DNA from: Felis catus
Taxonomy: Eukaryota
Length of the DNA: 64,000 nucleotides
Reading direction: 5' to 3'
NCBI RefSeq assembly: GCF_018350175.1
Contig: NC_058368.1
Coordinates: 149,980,001 to 150,044,000, forward strand
Below the pieces are notes generated by a model. It searched no databases. It saw only the letters and a program-made list of their open reading frames with translations, and was not told the origin of the DNA. Below, in pieces: positions 39,932-51,746 of the stretch. The translations under genes and the position numbers were made by a program. How positions within the stretch are numbered: the first letter of the stretch is position 1; each line of letters begins with the position of its first letter.

Positions 39932-41305
39932 ATACACATATTGAAAAAAAGTAAATTGTCACTATTTGCAGAAGACATATTATATACCAAAAAATCTTCA
40001 ACCTCTACCAGAAAAACTGTTGGAATGATTGAATTTAGTAAAGTTGCAAGATACAAAATATACGAAATCTGTTGCATTTCTATACACTGACAAATGATCC
40101 AAAAGGGAAATCAAGAAAACAATCCCATTTATCATCATATCAGAAAAAAAAAAGAAATACCCAGGCATAAATTTAACCAAGGAAGTGAAAGACCTGTACA
40201 CTGAAAACTCTAACACATTGACAAAAAAAGTGAACATGACACAAGTAAATAGAAAGATGCCCCATGCTAATGGATTAGAAGAATTACTATTGTGAAAATA
40301 TCCATACTATCCAAAATAATTTACAGTTTCAATGAAATTCCTATCAAAATTCCACTGAAAATTTTCACAGAATTGGAAGAAATAATTCTAAAATTTGTAT
40401 GGAACTATAGAAGACCCTGAATAGCCAAAACAATTTTGACAAAGAAGAACAAAGCTGGAGATATCATGCACCATGATGTCAAACTGTACCACAAAGATAT
40501 AGTAATCTAAACAGTATGGTATTGCCATAAATACAGATGTATATAGATCACTGGAAGGGAATAGAGATCTCAGACACAAACCCACACATACACTATCAGT
40601 TAATTTATGTCTAAGGAGACAAGAATATACAATGGGGAAAGGACCATCTCATTGATAAATGGTGCTGACAAAACTTGAAAACTACATGTAAAAGAATTGG
40701 TATGGATTGCTCTCTTACACCATACACAGAAACTAACTCAAAATGGATTAAAGACTTGAATGTGTGACATGAAACCGTAAAAGTCCTAGAACAAAACATT
40801 GACATCCGTCTTAATGTTTTTTTCCCTTAGACCTGACTTCAAAGGTACAGGCACAAAAATAAAGTAATGAGAATACATCAAACTAAAAAAATCTTCTGCA
40901 CAGCAAAGGAAACCATCAACAAAATGAAACACAACTTACTGAATGGGAGAAGGTATTTGTAAATGAAATACAGACCTACCTGTTTATGTTATACTTTGGG
41001 CTCTTTTACTGGGCTTAAATAATTGCCTCCCCCCCTTTTTTTTTTTAACAAAAATTCATGGTTTGAATAACTCTGCATCAAGCAGGTCTGCAGTGCCATT
41101 TTTTTCAATAGCCTTTGCACACTTTGTGTTTGTGTCACATTTTGTTAATTCTTGCAAAATTTCAAGCTTTTCATTATTATTATATTTGACTTGCCACCAT
41201 CTCAAAATCAAACTTGAACAAATTAGGAGTTGCTTTATGGATGAGTAATGAATATGTCTTTTACAGATAGAATCTACTCCTAGTGAAATTGTTGTGAAGA
41301 TTTTT

Positions 41306-44043
41306 TAAAGTTTATTTAAATTCAAGATAGTTGATATACAGTGTAGTATTGGTTTTAGGAGTAGAACCCAGTGATTCATCATTTCCATGAAACCCAGTGC
41401 TCATCCCAACCAGTGCTCTCCTTAATGCCCATTACCCATTTATCCACTCCTCCCAACAAACTTCTCCTCCAGTAATCCTCAGTTTGTTCTCTGTATTTAA
41501 GAGCATCTTATGGTTTGCCTCCTACTCTGTTTTTATCTTATTTTTCCTTCCCTTCCCCTATGTTGTGTTTCTTAAATTCCACAGATGAATTAAATCATAT
41601 ATTTGTCTTTCTCAGACTGATTTATTTCACTTAGCATAATACAATCTAGTTCCAACCATGTTGTTGCAAATGGCAACATTTCATTCTTTTTGAGCACCGA
41701 GTAGTATTCCATTCTATATATATACCCAACTTCTTTATCCATTCATCAGTTGATGGACATTTGGGCTCTTTCCATAATTTGGCTATTGTTGACAGTGATG
41801 CTCTAAACATTGGGGTGCATGTGCCCCTTCGAATCAGCATTTTTGTCTCCTTTGGATAAATACCTAGTAGTGCAATTGCTAGGTTACAGGGTAGTTCTCT
41901 TTTTAATTTTTTGAGGAACCTCCATACTTTTCCAGAGTGGCTGCACCTGTTGGCATTCCCAAGAACAGTGCAAAAGAGATCCCTTTTCTCTGCATCCTCA
42001 CCAACATCTGTTGTTTCCTGAGTTGTTAATTTTAGCCATTCTGACAGATGTGAAGTGGTATCACATTATGGTTTTGATTTGTATTTCTCTCATGATGAGT
42101 GATGTTGAGCATCTTTTCAATGTTTGTTAGCCATCTGGATGTCTTCTTTGGAAAAGTGTCTATTCATGTCTTCTGTCAATTTCTTCACTGGATTTTTTCC
42201 TTTATGGGTGTTGAGTTTGGTAAGTTCTTTATATAGTTTGGATACTAACCCTTTATCAGCTATGTCATTTGAAAGTATCTTCTGCCATCCTGTTGGTTGC
42301 CTTTTAGTTTTGTTGATTGTTTCCTTCACTGTGCAGAAGCTATTTACCTTAATAAGGTCCCAGTAGTTCATTTCTGCTTTTATTTCCTTTGCCTCCAGAG
42401 ACATGTCTAATAAGAATTTGCTGCGGCCGAGGTAAAAGAGGTTGTTGCTTATTTTGTAGGAATTTTGTAGGTTTTTGATGGTTTTCTGTCTCAGATTGGA
42501 TGGGTCGTTCATCCATTTTGAATTTATTTTTGTATATGGTGTAAGAAAGTGGTCCAGTTTAATTCTTCTGCACATTGCTCTCATTTTCCCAACACCATTT
42601 GCTGAAGAGACTGTCTTTGTTGAAGAAAAAAAGGTTGGTGGAGGTGGTGGTGGGGGGCAGGGGGCAGGATGCCTGATTTTAGAAAACAGGACAAAAACAA
42701 ACAAACAAACAGAAAAAAAAACCTGTAGTTTGATTCCAAAGAAAAAGAGAGGGAAAAAAAGGAAAAAAGAAAAAAAAAAGCCTGATCCAAAAAAGGTGAA
42801 AAGGAAATGAAGAAAAAAAGAAACAAGAAACCATGAGCCTGATTCCACAAGAAAAAAAACAGAAGAAAGAAACAAAGGAAAAATAACTGTAGGCATTGTT
42901 TTGAAGCCCTGGTTTTGCAGTGCACTTTGGGCTTGGGGGATGCTGGCTGTGCTGGTGTGGAGGTCCACTGCTTTGGCTGAGCCAGTCTTGCTCCAGTAAA
43001 TATAAGCAGTCGCCAGGCATGGGACGGAGTGGTGTCAGGGTTTGGTGTAAGTGGGACTTGCCTCCATGAGGGGACTGCTGTGTTACTCTCTGAAGTCCCA
43101 TTGTGTTGACATTGGGGGCAAAACGGTGCCACCCTAAACTCTTGTCCTCAGACCTGATATCTCATACCCCCTCCCTACCTGCTGTTCAGGCAGCCCTCAC
43201 CAAATAGCAAGGGCAGTCACCTGGCCCTGTGCCACAAATGTCCTGTGGTTTTTCTTTGGTACATGGCTGGGATTCAAAACCCAAAGTCTTAAAGGACAGG
43301 CACCATGCAGATACACTCCCCTCCTCTTGGGTAGAGCCCCTCCACACTGTGTGAAGTCCCCTGTCCCAGAGAAACAGTCCCAGGCCTATACAGTGTGTAC
43401 AATTTATGGTGCAGCAGCAAATGTTATATTCTCTCTGGGTGCGCCTCTGTCCCCTGCCGATAAGAGGCCTTTGGCTGGCACCGCAGGGTCCTTTGTCCTT
43501 GTAAGGCAATAAACCGTCTTGCAAAAATACTCCAGGAAGGGGAATGCTCTTTCCCAGTGTGCCCCAGAGATCCCTACACCATGCTACGCACTCCGGGGCA
43601 GCTCTCTCCTTCCCAGGAGGGTGCTCCACAGCTCCATTCCAAAGTCACACACTTCCACAACTTCAGAGTTTAAGCTCCAGATACTGTTTGCAAAAAAGAA
43701 CTGGGGCACTCAGTACTTCTTATTCTCCATCCGTGGTCCAGAGAGGTTTTCCTCTTCTGCTAACTTGATGCCGCACTATCTCAACCCCTCTTTCTTTCTC
43801 TCCCTTTGTCTCTCCAAGGAAAGGGTTCTCTCTCCTCTGTGGTGTGGCTGTTTTTCTTTTCCCCAATTCACTTCCACACACCTCACACCTGCCAAGCTAT
43901 CTCTCCAACTGTAGAGATCCTTCTGCCAATCCACAGATCGATTTCCTGGGTGTTCCAAGTGATCTGACATCAATATAGCTGTGTTTGAGGGACGAGGAAA
44001 GCCCAGGCTCCCCCTACTTCTCTGCCATCTTAACTCTTTCCTC
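41306..44043 (-). mobile_element. Internally deleted L1 (5'UTR fused to ORF2 C-terminus/3'UTR)
   Basis: Perfect TSD tgtgaagattttt (41293-41305 / 44044-44056); intact 5' start (aagatggcagag on minus) and 3' end; only 2.7 kb long. Confidence 0.9.
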
Positions 44044-44598
44044 TGTGAAGATTTTTGAAATGATAACACAACATTTCAAATATTGCATAACTAACTAATA
44101 AAGCAGAGGCAGGGTTTGAGAGGACTGACTCCAAATTTGAAAGAACTTCTACTGTGGGTAAATATTAATCAGCAGCATCACATGTTTCAGAGAAATTTTT
44201 TGTGAGTCGAAGAGTTAATCAACAGCAAACTTCATTGTCTTATTTTAAGAAATTGGCTATTATACTAAGTCAATTAAATCAATCAGAAAAAGACAACTAC
44301 CATATGATTTCATTCATATGTGGAATTTAAGGAACAAGACAGATGAACATATGGGAAGGGGGTGGGAGAGAAGAGAGGGAACAAACCATAAGACATTCTT
44401 AGTTATAGAGAACAAACAATGGATTGATGGAGGGAGGCGAGTGGGAGATGGGCTATATGGGTGATGGGTACTAAGGAGGGCACTTGTGATGAGCATTGGG
44501 AGTTATGTAAAAGTGAGGAATCCCTGAATTCTACTCCTGAAACCAATATTGCACTGTATGTTAGCTAACTAAATTTTAAATTAAAAAAAATAAATGAT

Positions 44599-44838
44599 GG
44601 GACACCTGAGTGGCTCAGTCATTTAAGCATCTAACTTTAGCTCAAGTCATGATCTCACCATGTGTGGGTTTGAGTCCTACATCTGGCTCTGTGCTGACGG
44701 CTCGGAGCCTGGAGCCTGCTTCGGATTCTGTGTCTCCCTCTCTCTCTGCCCCTCTGACTCTTTCTCTTGATTTGTCTCTTTCTCTCTCTCTCTCAAAAAT
44801 AAAAATAAATAAAATTTAAAAAAAAATAGTAAAAAAAA
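44599..44838 (+). mobile_element. Can-SINE (tail continues to ~45089)
   Basis: TSD aaataaatgat (44588-44598 / 45090-45100). Confidence 0.93.
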
Positions 44839-45060
44839 GGGGCGCCTGGGTGGCGCAGTCGGTTAAGCGTCCGACTTCAGCCAGGTCACGATCTCGCGGT
44901 CCGTGAGTTCGAGCCCCGCGTCAGGCTCTGGGCTGATGGCTGGGAGCCTGGAGCCTGTTTCCGATTCTGTGTCTCCCTCTCTCTCTGCCCCTCCCCCGTT
45001 CATGCTCTGTCTCTCTCTGTCCCCAAAATAAATAAATGTTGAAAAAAAAATTAAAAAAAA
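44839..45060 (+). mobile_element. Young felid Can-SINE in the tail of the previous SINE
   Basis: ggggcgcctgggtggcgcagtcggttaagcgtccgacttcagccagg; CpGs intact. Confidence 0.96.
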
Positions 45061-45115
45061 ATAAAAATAAACAAATAAATAAATAAAATAAATAAATGAT
45101 GGTAGACTTCAAATA

Positions 45116-45182
45116 GGAAGGAAGGAAGGAAGGAAGGAAGGAAGGAAGGAAGGAAGGAAGGAAGGAAGAAAAAGAAAGAAAG
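45116..45182. repeat. (GGAA)n microsatellite
   Basis: Direct observation. Confidence 0.96.
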
Positions 45183-47904
45183 AAATTGCCACAGCCACAC
45201 ACACTTTCAGCAACTACCATTCTGACCCATAAACATTTATTACCCATAAACATCACAGCAAGACCCTACACTAGCAAAATAGTGGCAAATCACTGAAACC
45301 TCAGAGGATAGTTATCATTTTTTAGAAATAAACTATATTTTAATTAAGGTATATACATTGTTTTTTTAGGCACATGCTATTGCATACTCCATAGACTATA
45401 ATATAGCATGAATATAAATGTTATATGCACTGGGAAACCAAAAAATTCATGTGACTCACATTATTATGATATTCATTTCATTGTTGTGGTCTATAACTGA
45501 ATCAGTATCTCTGAGATATGTCTGTATCTGGTAAGTGGTTAGTATCCAAAATATATAAAGAACTCATACAATTCAAAAGCAAGCAAAAATAGCAATATGA
45601 TGAAAAAATGGAAAAGGATCTGAATAGACATTTTTCCAAAGAAGACATATGGACAGCCAATAGGCACATGAATAGATGCTCAACATCACTAATCAACAGG
45701 GAAATACAACTCAAAACCATAATGAAATGGTGTGGGGCATCCAAGATGGTGAGGTTGGTACTTATGCCCTATATGGACACAATGATTCTACACCTACACC
45801 TACTTTTAGAGCAATTCCTCCTGAAAAAGAAATGAGGACTCACTGAACAGCTTCTGCACAACAAACAACAGAGGGACCATATAGCAAATGGCACAAGAGA
45901 CAGACACAGTAATTAAGGGAACCCCACTGTGACACTGCAAACTACAGTAGGGAAGGATAGTACTGAGGGAACAGGAACAGTTTCATCCACTCTGGAGCAC
46001 AGATAAAAAAAAACTGTGCAGTTTAAAAGAATAGCTAAAATTTAAAGAAACTAATTCTTAAATGACTGCCAAATGGCATGAAACCTGCAGAATCTTCTTC
46101 AGTGCCAAGGAGCTGGTGAACACTATTGTGAACACCTTATTATTCAAACAGGAGCAGGATCCAAGCAGTCTACCTGGCCATAAACCCACCAGCCCCAGTC
46201 ACCCTGAGACACAGAAACAACACAATGGTTTAAATGGACAACAAAAGTGTAAAGGACTCAGCCCTAGAGGGAGCTGCAAGAATTCTCAGATCAGAGAAGC
46301 ATGCAAGCACCATTGTTCATGCTCTTCCTCCATCATCATAGCAAACACAGGAGCAGGATATGGCACCTGGCCAGCTGGCTCCCTTAGTGAGCCCTGGGCC
46401 ACTAGCTCACACCAGCCCATGCCCTTGCCCTAAAGCGATACCCTCCCACCTGCCTGAGCTCCAGCCATCCTACTGCGGTGGCCTGAGTGTAGTGCACCCC
46501 AGAATACTTCCAGACAGTGCCTATGATAGTTTCATTTATCTCATCAAGGTGACAAATGTGCAAAGCATCAGTGGGACATGCCAGGCCGGAACCTACATCA
46601 GCTCCAGACAACTTGCCAGAGCACCTAGTGAAGACATTGTGAAGATTTTTGAAATGGCAAAAATAGATCTATGGAACACCCAGAAATGCCACCAGTCTAT
46701 GTCCATCTCAGATCCAGTCATCTTGCCAAGGCGTTCCCTGTATAAAGCATCCCATAGAAACCCCTGGTCTGTGCCTGCTTTAGTTCCAGCTGCCCACCAG
46801 AACAGTGCCACCCACCAGTGCCTGATTCAGCTTCAACTGTCCTGTGAGGGTGCCCACTGTGTGGAATGCCCCAAGACCCCTGGATCACACCCTTATCAGC
46901 TCCAGCTATCCTACCAGGGTGACCCCAGTGGAGAGTCCTCTGAGATTTTCAGCCCATGGCTGCTACAATTCCAGCCAGAGCTGCTAGACACAGCAGTCAA
47001 CAGTGGGGGATGTTCCTATATGAGATCTGTCCTTCAAGACTAGGAAAAGTAGCTGTTCTGATTCTCAGAAACAAACACAGAGAGTCAAAAAAAAAAAAAA
47101 GAGACAGAGAAATATGCTCTAAATGAAAGGATAAGACAAAACAAACAAACAAAAAGAAGTAAATGAATAAAAATAAGCAATCTACTTGATAAAGTCTTCA
47201 AAAATTATCATGAAGATGCTCAGTGGAGCATCTTTCACTGAGAGAAGAATGGAAAATTGAGTAATAACTTCAACAAAGAGATAGAAAATATAAAAAACAG
47301 AGATGAATAATAGTATAACTAAAATAAAAATAACACTAAAGAGAATCAATAGCAGAGGATGCAGAAGAACAAATTAACCATCTGGAAGACAGGTTAATGG
47401 AAAGCACCCAAGCTGAACAACAAAAAGATAAAAGAAAAAAAAATGAGAATAGCTAAGGGATCTCTGGGACAAAACAAGCATATTCACATTCACATTATAG
47501 GGGTTCCAGAATGAGAAGAGAGACACAAAGGGGCAGAAAAGTTATTTGAAGAAATAATAGTTAAAATCATCCCTGACCTGGGGAGGGAAACACACATTCA
47601 GATCCAGGAATCACAGAGAACCCCAAACAAGAGGAGATACACATCAAGATACATTATAATTAAAATGTCAAGGATTAAATATTAAGAGAAAGAAATTAAA
47701 AGCAAGATAAAAGCAACTGGTTACATTCAAAGAAAACCCCATACAGCTATAAACTTAGTTTCAGCAGAAACTTTTCTGGCTCCAAAGGAGTGACATGATA
47801 TATTCAAAGGGTTGGAGGGAAAAACAACAACCAAGAATACTTCACCAAGCAAGGATATCATTCAGAACTGAAGGAGAAATGAGGAGTTTCCAAACCTAAA
47901 TGAA

Positions 47905-47943
<39 letters not shown>

Positions 47944-49945
47944 AAATGTTAAAAAAATAAACAGTTCATCACCGCTAAACCAACCTTATAAGAAATGTTA
48001 ATAGGTCCTAATTAGAAGAAAGAAAAATATGAAAGGGAAAAAATTTCATGAGTCAAACAAACATACAATAAAGGTAGATCAATTACTTACAAAGCTAGTA
48101 GGAAGGTAAAAGACAACAGTAGTAAAAAAAAATCGATGATATCTACAAGTAATCCAGGGATATACAAAATAAAATGTAAAATATGACATCATATATATAA
48201 AACATGAAGACTGGAGTAAAAAAGTAGAACTTCTATAACATTTCAACTTCAGGTACTATCAACTTATTATAGACTGCTATATACTTAGGACATTATGTAT
48301 CAATCTCTTGGTAAGCACACACCAAAAACCTATAATAGATACACAAAAAATAAGGCGAAAGGAATCCAAATAAAACAATAGGTAACAACAATCACAAGGG
48401 AAGAGAGCAAGAGAAGAAGAAAGGAATGGAGAAGAACTACAAGAACAATCAGAAAAGAATTAAAAGTGGCAATAAGTACATACTTATCAATAATTACTTT
48501 AAATGTAAATGGTCTAACTCCTCCAATCAAGACACATAGGGTACCTGAATGGATTTTCAAACCTAAAGCCACATACAGATTGAATACAAGGGGATGGAAA
48601 TTACATTCCATGGAAATCGAAGTGAATAAAAAGTTAGGGTCACGTCACTTGTATCAGACAAAATACACTTTTAAACAAAGACTGTGGGGTGCTAAGATAG
48701 TATGAGGAACCCAGGCTTGCCTCATCTTTCAAACAACTAGCTAAATATCAAATAATTCTGAATACCCAAGAAACCCATCTGATAACTGACAAACTGCACA
48801 ACTAGAGGGAGAGGGAAGGCCACAGCATGTAAAGTAGGTGTGGGTGTGGAGATGTGGTTTGGGGCAGAAACAGACTGCAGGTGCTGTGGAGGCTAGAAAG
48901 TCCAGGTTGTGGAAAAGAGAGAGAGAGAGAGAGAGAGCGAGCGTACACACACACAGGTTATTGCACAAAGAAAACACTTCTCCAAAGCCAATGAGAAAAC
49001 AAGAGGGGCTGATTTTTATGAGATTTTTCAACCAGCAGGGCTCAAAGACTAAAGTTTTAAAAGCCTGTGGCATAGCTGAGGACACCATTGCTTCTGTAGA
49101 GAAAGCAGGCAGGTAACCTGGGAGCAGATGCCATGATATGAGGATCTCCTGAAATGCACTAGGAGTCACAGTTTCTCCTCCTTGAAGTACATCTCAGAGA
49201 GGTGGCATTGCTTCTCTAGGGACAAGGGAGCTGGTGGGTAACATTTCCTTCTCTCACCCCTCAGCATAGGCACAGAGAGACCTACTAAGGGTGGCTAACC
49301 TGGACATTGGCTGCTTAATATGCTGTGCTCCAAATTCCATGCTCTTGAGCACTCGTGCAACTGCCCCTCTAGGTCAAACCTACATCAGTCCCAATGTAGC
49401 AAGACCCTCTGCCAGAAGACCAGCTCAGGTCCCCACACACCAGGTATCTCAAGTTGGGAGTTTTAAAACTTACCTGTTTCTGGCTCAGATACAGCCCAAA
49501 GTGCAATGCACTTCTCCAGGCAGACGACTAACCCAGACACAGAAAGTGTGTAAGCAGTGATCTGAAAAAGACCTAGGTCACATGAGGGAAATTTATCTCC
49601 TTTTCTGGGAGGGCTTCCCTGACAGCAGCAAGCATGAACTCCCTCTCTGGGGACAATGGAAATGCTTAGTGCCATTGCCCTCCCTGGCCCCTCAGCATAA
49701 ACTAACTTCAGTAAATAGCACAGCACCAAGACTGGCTGCCTAAATTGCTTACACCAAGCCCTGGCCCCCTGTATTCTGTTGTTAATGCTTTTGGTGGGCA
49801 AGTGAGCCTAAAAACCAGTGTAGCAGGCCTTCCCACCAGAAGATCAGCACAAACCCCTGCATGTACCACGTCTATAGACCATAAAGCTCTGCAAAGCTTC
49901 GGCTCTAATGGAAATAGCACCAGGTCTCTTTTAAAAAGCAGACCA

Positions 49946-50159
49946 GGGGCGCCTGGGTGGCGCAGTCGATTAAGCGTCTGACTTCAGCCAGGTCACGATC
50001 TCGCGGTCCGTGAGTTCGAGCCCTGCGTCAGGCTCTGGGCTGATGGCTCAGAGCCTGGAGCCTGTTTCCGATTCTGTGTCTCCCTCTTTCTCTGCCTCTC
50101 CCCCGTTCATGCTCTGTCTCTCTCTGTCCCAAAAATAAATAAACGTTGAAAAAAAATAT
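49946..50159 (+). mobile_element. Young felid Can-SINE
   Basis: TSD ttaaaaagcagacca (49931-49945 / 50160-50174). Confidence 0.97.
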
Positions 50160-51549
50160 TTAAAAAGCAGACCAAAGCACACTTAGTTAAAACTTGCCAC
50201 ATTCTGGCCAAGGTCCAAACATTCCCAACAGTGGGAAAGGAGAAATTCTGCAGAGGACTGACCTGAGGGAAAAACTACCCGTACACAGCATCACAGTACA
50301 TGTAGCATACCCAACAATTTCAATTTCTGATGGACAAGCCCCTGATATTACATGACCTCTTCTCCATAAAGCCATTACTCTCAGAAGCAGGAAACATAAG
50401 AGGCTTTATAATACACAGAAGAGAGAGACCTAGACAAAATGCCAAATGGAGGAATTCATCCAAAAAGAATGAACAAGAAAATGTCACAGCCAAGGATCTA
50501 ATCAAAACAAATATAAGTAATATGCCTAATCCAGAATTTAGAGCAACAATCATCAGGATACTAGGTCTGCTTGAGAAAAGTATAGAAGACACCAGGAAGT
50601 CTCTGACTGCAGAGATAAAAGACCTGAAAACTAACCAGGATGAAATGAAAAATGACATAACCAAGATTCAAAACAGACTATATATAATGACCACAAGGAT
50701 GGAAACAGTAAAGGAATGCATAAGTGATATAGAAGATAAAATTAAGGAAAATAATGAAGGTGCATAAAAGAAGGGAAGAAAATTCTTGGTTAATGAAAGT
50801 AGACTTAGGGAACTCAGTAATTCCATAACGTGTAATAACATTCAAATCATAGGAATCCCACAGACATAAGACAGGGGAAAAGGTGAAAAGATTTACTCAA
50901 GGAAATTATAGCTAAAACTTCCCTAATCTGGGGAAGGAAACAGACTTGCAAATCCAGGAGGCACAAAGAACTCCTATCAAAATCAACAAAAGCAGGCCAA
51001 TACAAAGACATATTTAGTTCAATTTGCAAACTATAAAGAAAAAATTCTAGAAGCAAAAAAAATTAAAAAATTAAAAAAAAGAAGTCTCTAACTTACAAGG
51101 GAAACCAATAAAGTTAGTATCAGATCTCTCTACAGAAATGTGGCAGGTAGGAAGGGAGTGGCATGGCATATTCAACATGCTGAATGGGAAAAATATGCAA
51201 GAATGCAGTAAGGCTGACATTCTGAATAGAAAGCGCGATAAAGAGTTTCACAGACAAAGAAAAATTAAAGGAGTTTGTGAACACTAAACCAGCCCTGAAA
51301 GGAATATTAAAGGGGACTCTTTGAGTGGGAAAGAAGGACCAAAAGTGACAAAGACTAGAAAGGAACGGAGAAAATCTCCATGAATAACAACAAAACAAGT
51401 AATACAATAGCACCAAATTCATATCTATCAATAATCACTCTGAACATAAATGGGCTAAATGTTCCCATTAAAGGATAAAGGGTATCAGAATGGAATAAAA
51501 CAAAACAAAAACAAGACCCATCTATATTCTGCCTACAAGACACTAATTG

Positions 51550-51746
51550 TATTGTTATTTATTTATTTATTTAAAATTTTATTTTAGAATGAGAGTGCAA
51601 ACGAGGGGAGAACGGTAGAGAAAGAGAGAGAGAATCTTAAGTAGGCTCCACACTGAGCATGGAGGCTCGATCCCACAAACCTGGGATGATGACCTGAGCC
51701 AAAAACAAGAGTGGGACGCTTAACTGGTAAGCCACCCAGGTGCCCC
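51550..51746 (-). mobile_element. Older Can-SINE
   Basis: Reverse SINE ending gccacccaggtgcccc; TSD core actaatt. Confidence 0.92.

Larger units (their letters stand above)
44258..45179 (+). mobile_element. 5'-truncated L1 3'UTR with two SINEs and (GGAA)n in its tail
   Basis: TSD aagaaattggc (44247-44257) / aagaaattgcc (45180-45190). Confidence 0.88.
40971..45524 (+). mobile_element. Tigger1-type non-autonomous DNA transposon in pieces (40971-41305, 44044-44257, 45180-45524)
   Basis: TA|CAG...CTG|TA; Tigger1-like left end (gtgtcacattttgttaattcttgc) and right end (tgcactgggaaaccaaaaaattc...atctctgagatatgtctg); L1-A resumes after it. Confidence 0.9.

Noticed and set aside
46360..47043. 227-aa ORF
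   Set aside because: Lies in the C-rich tandem units of the L1-B 5'UTR and crosses the Tigger-derived patch; no recognisable protein
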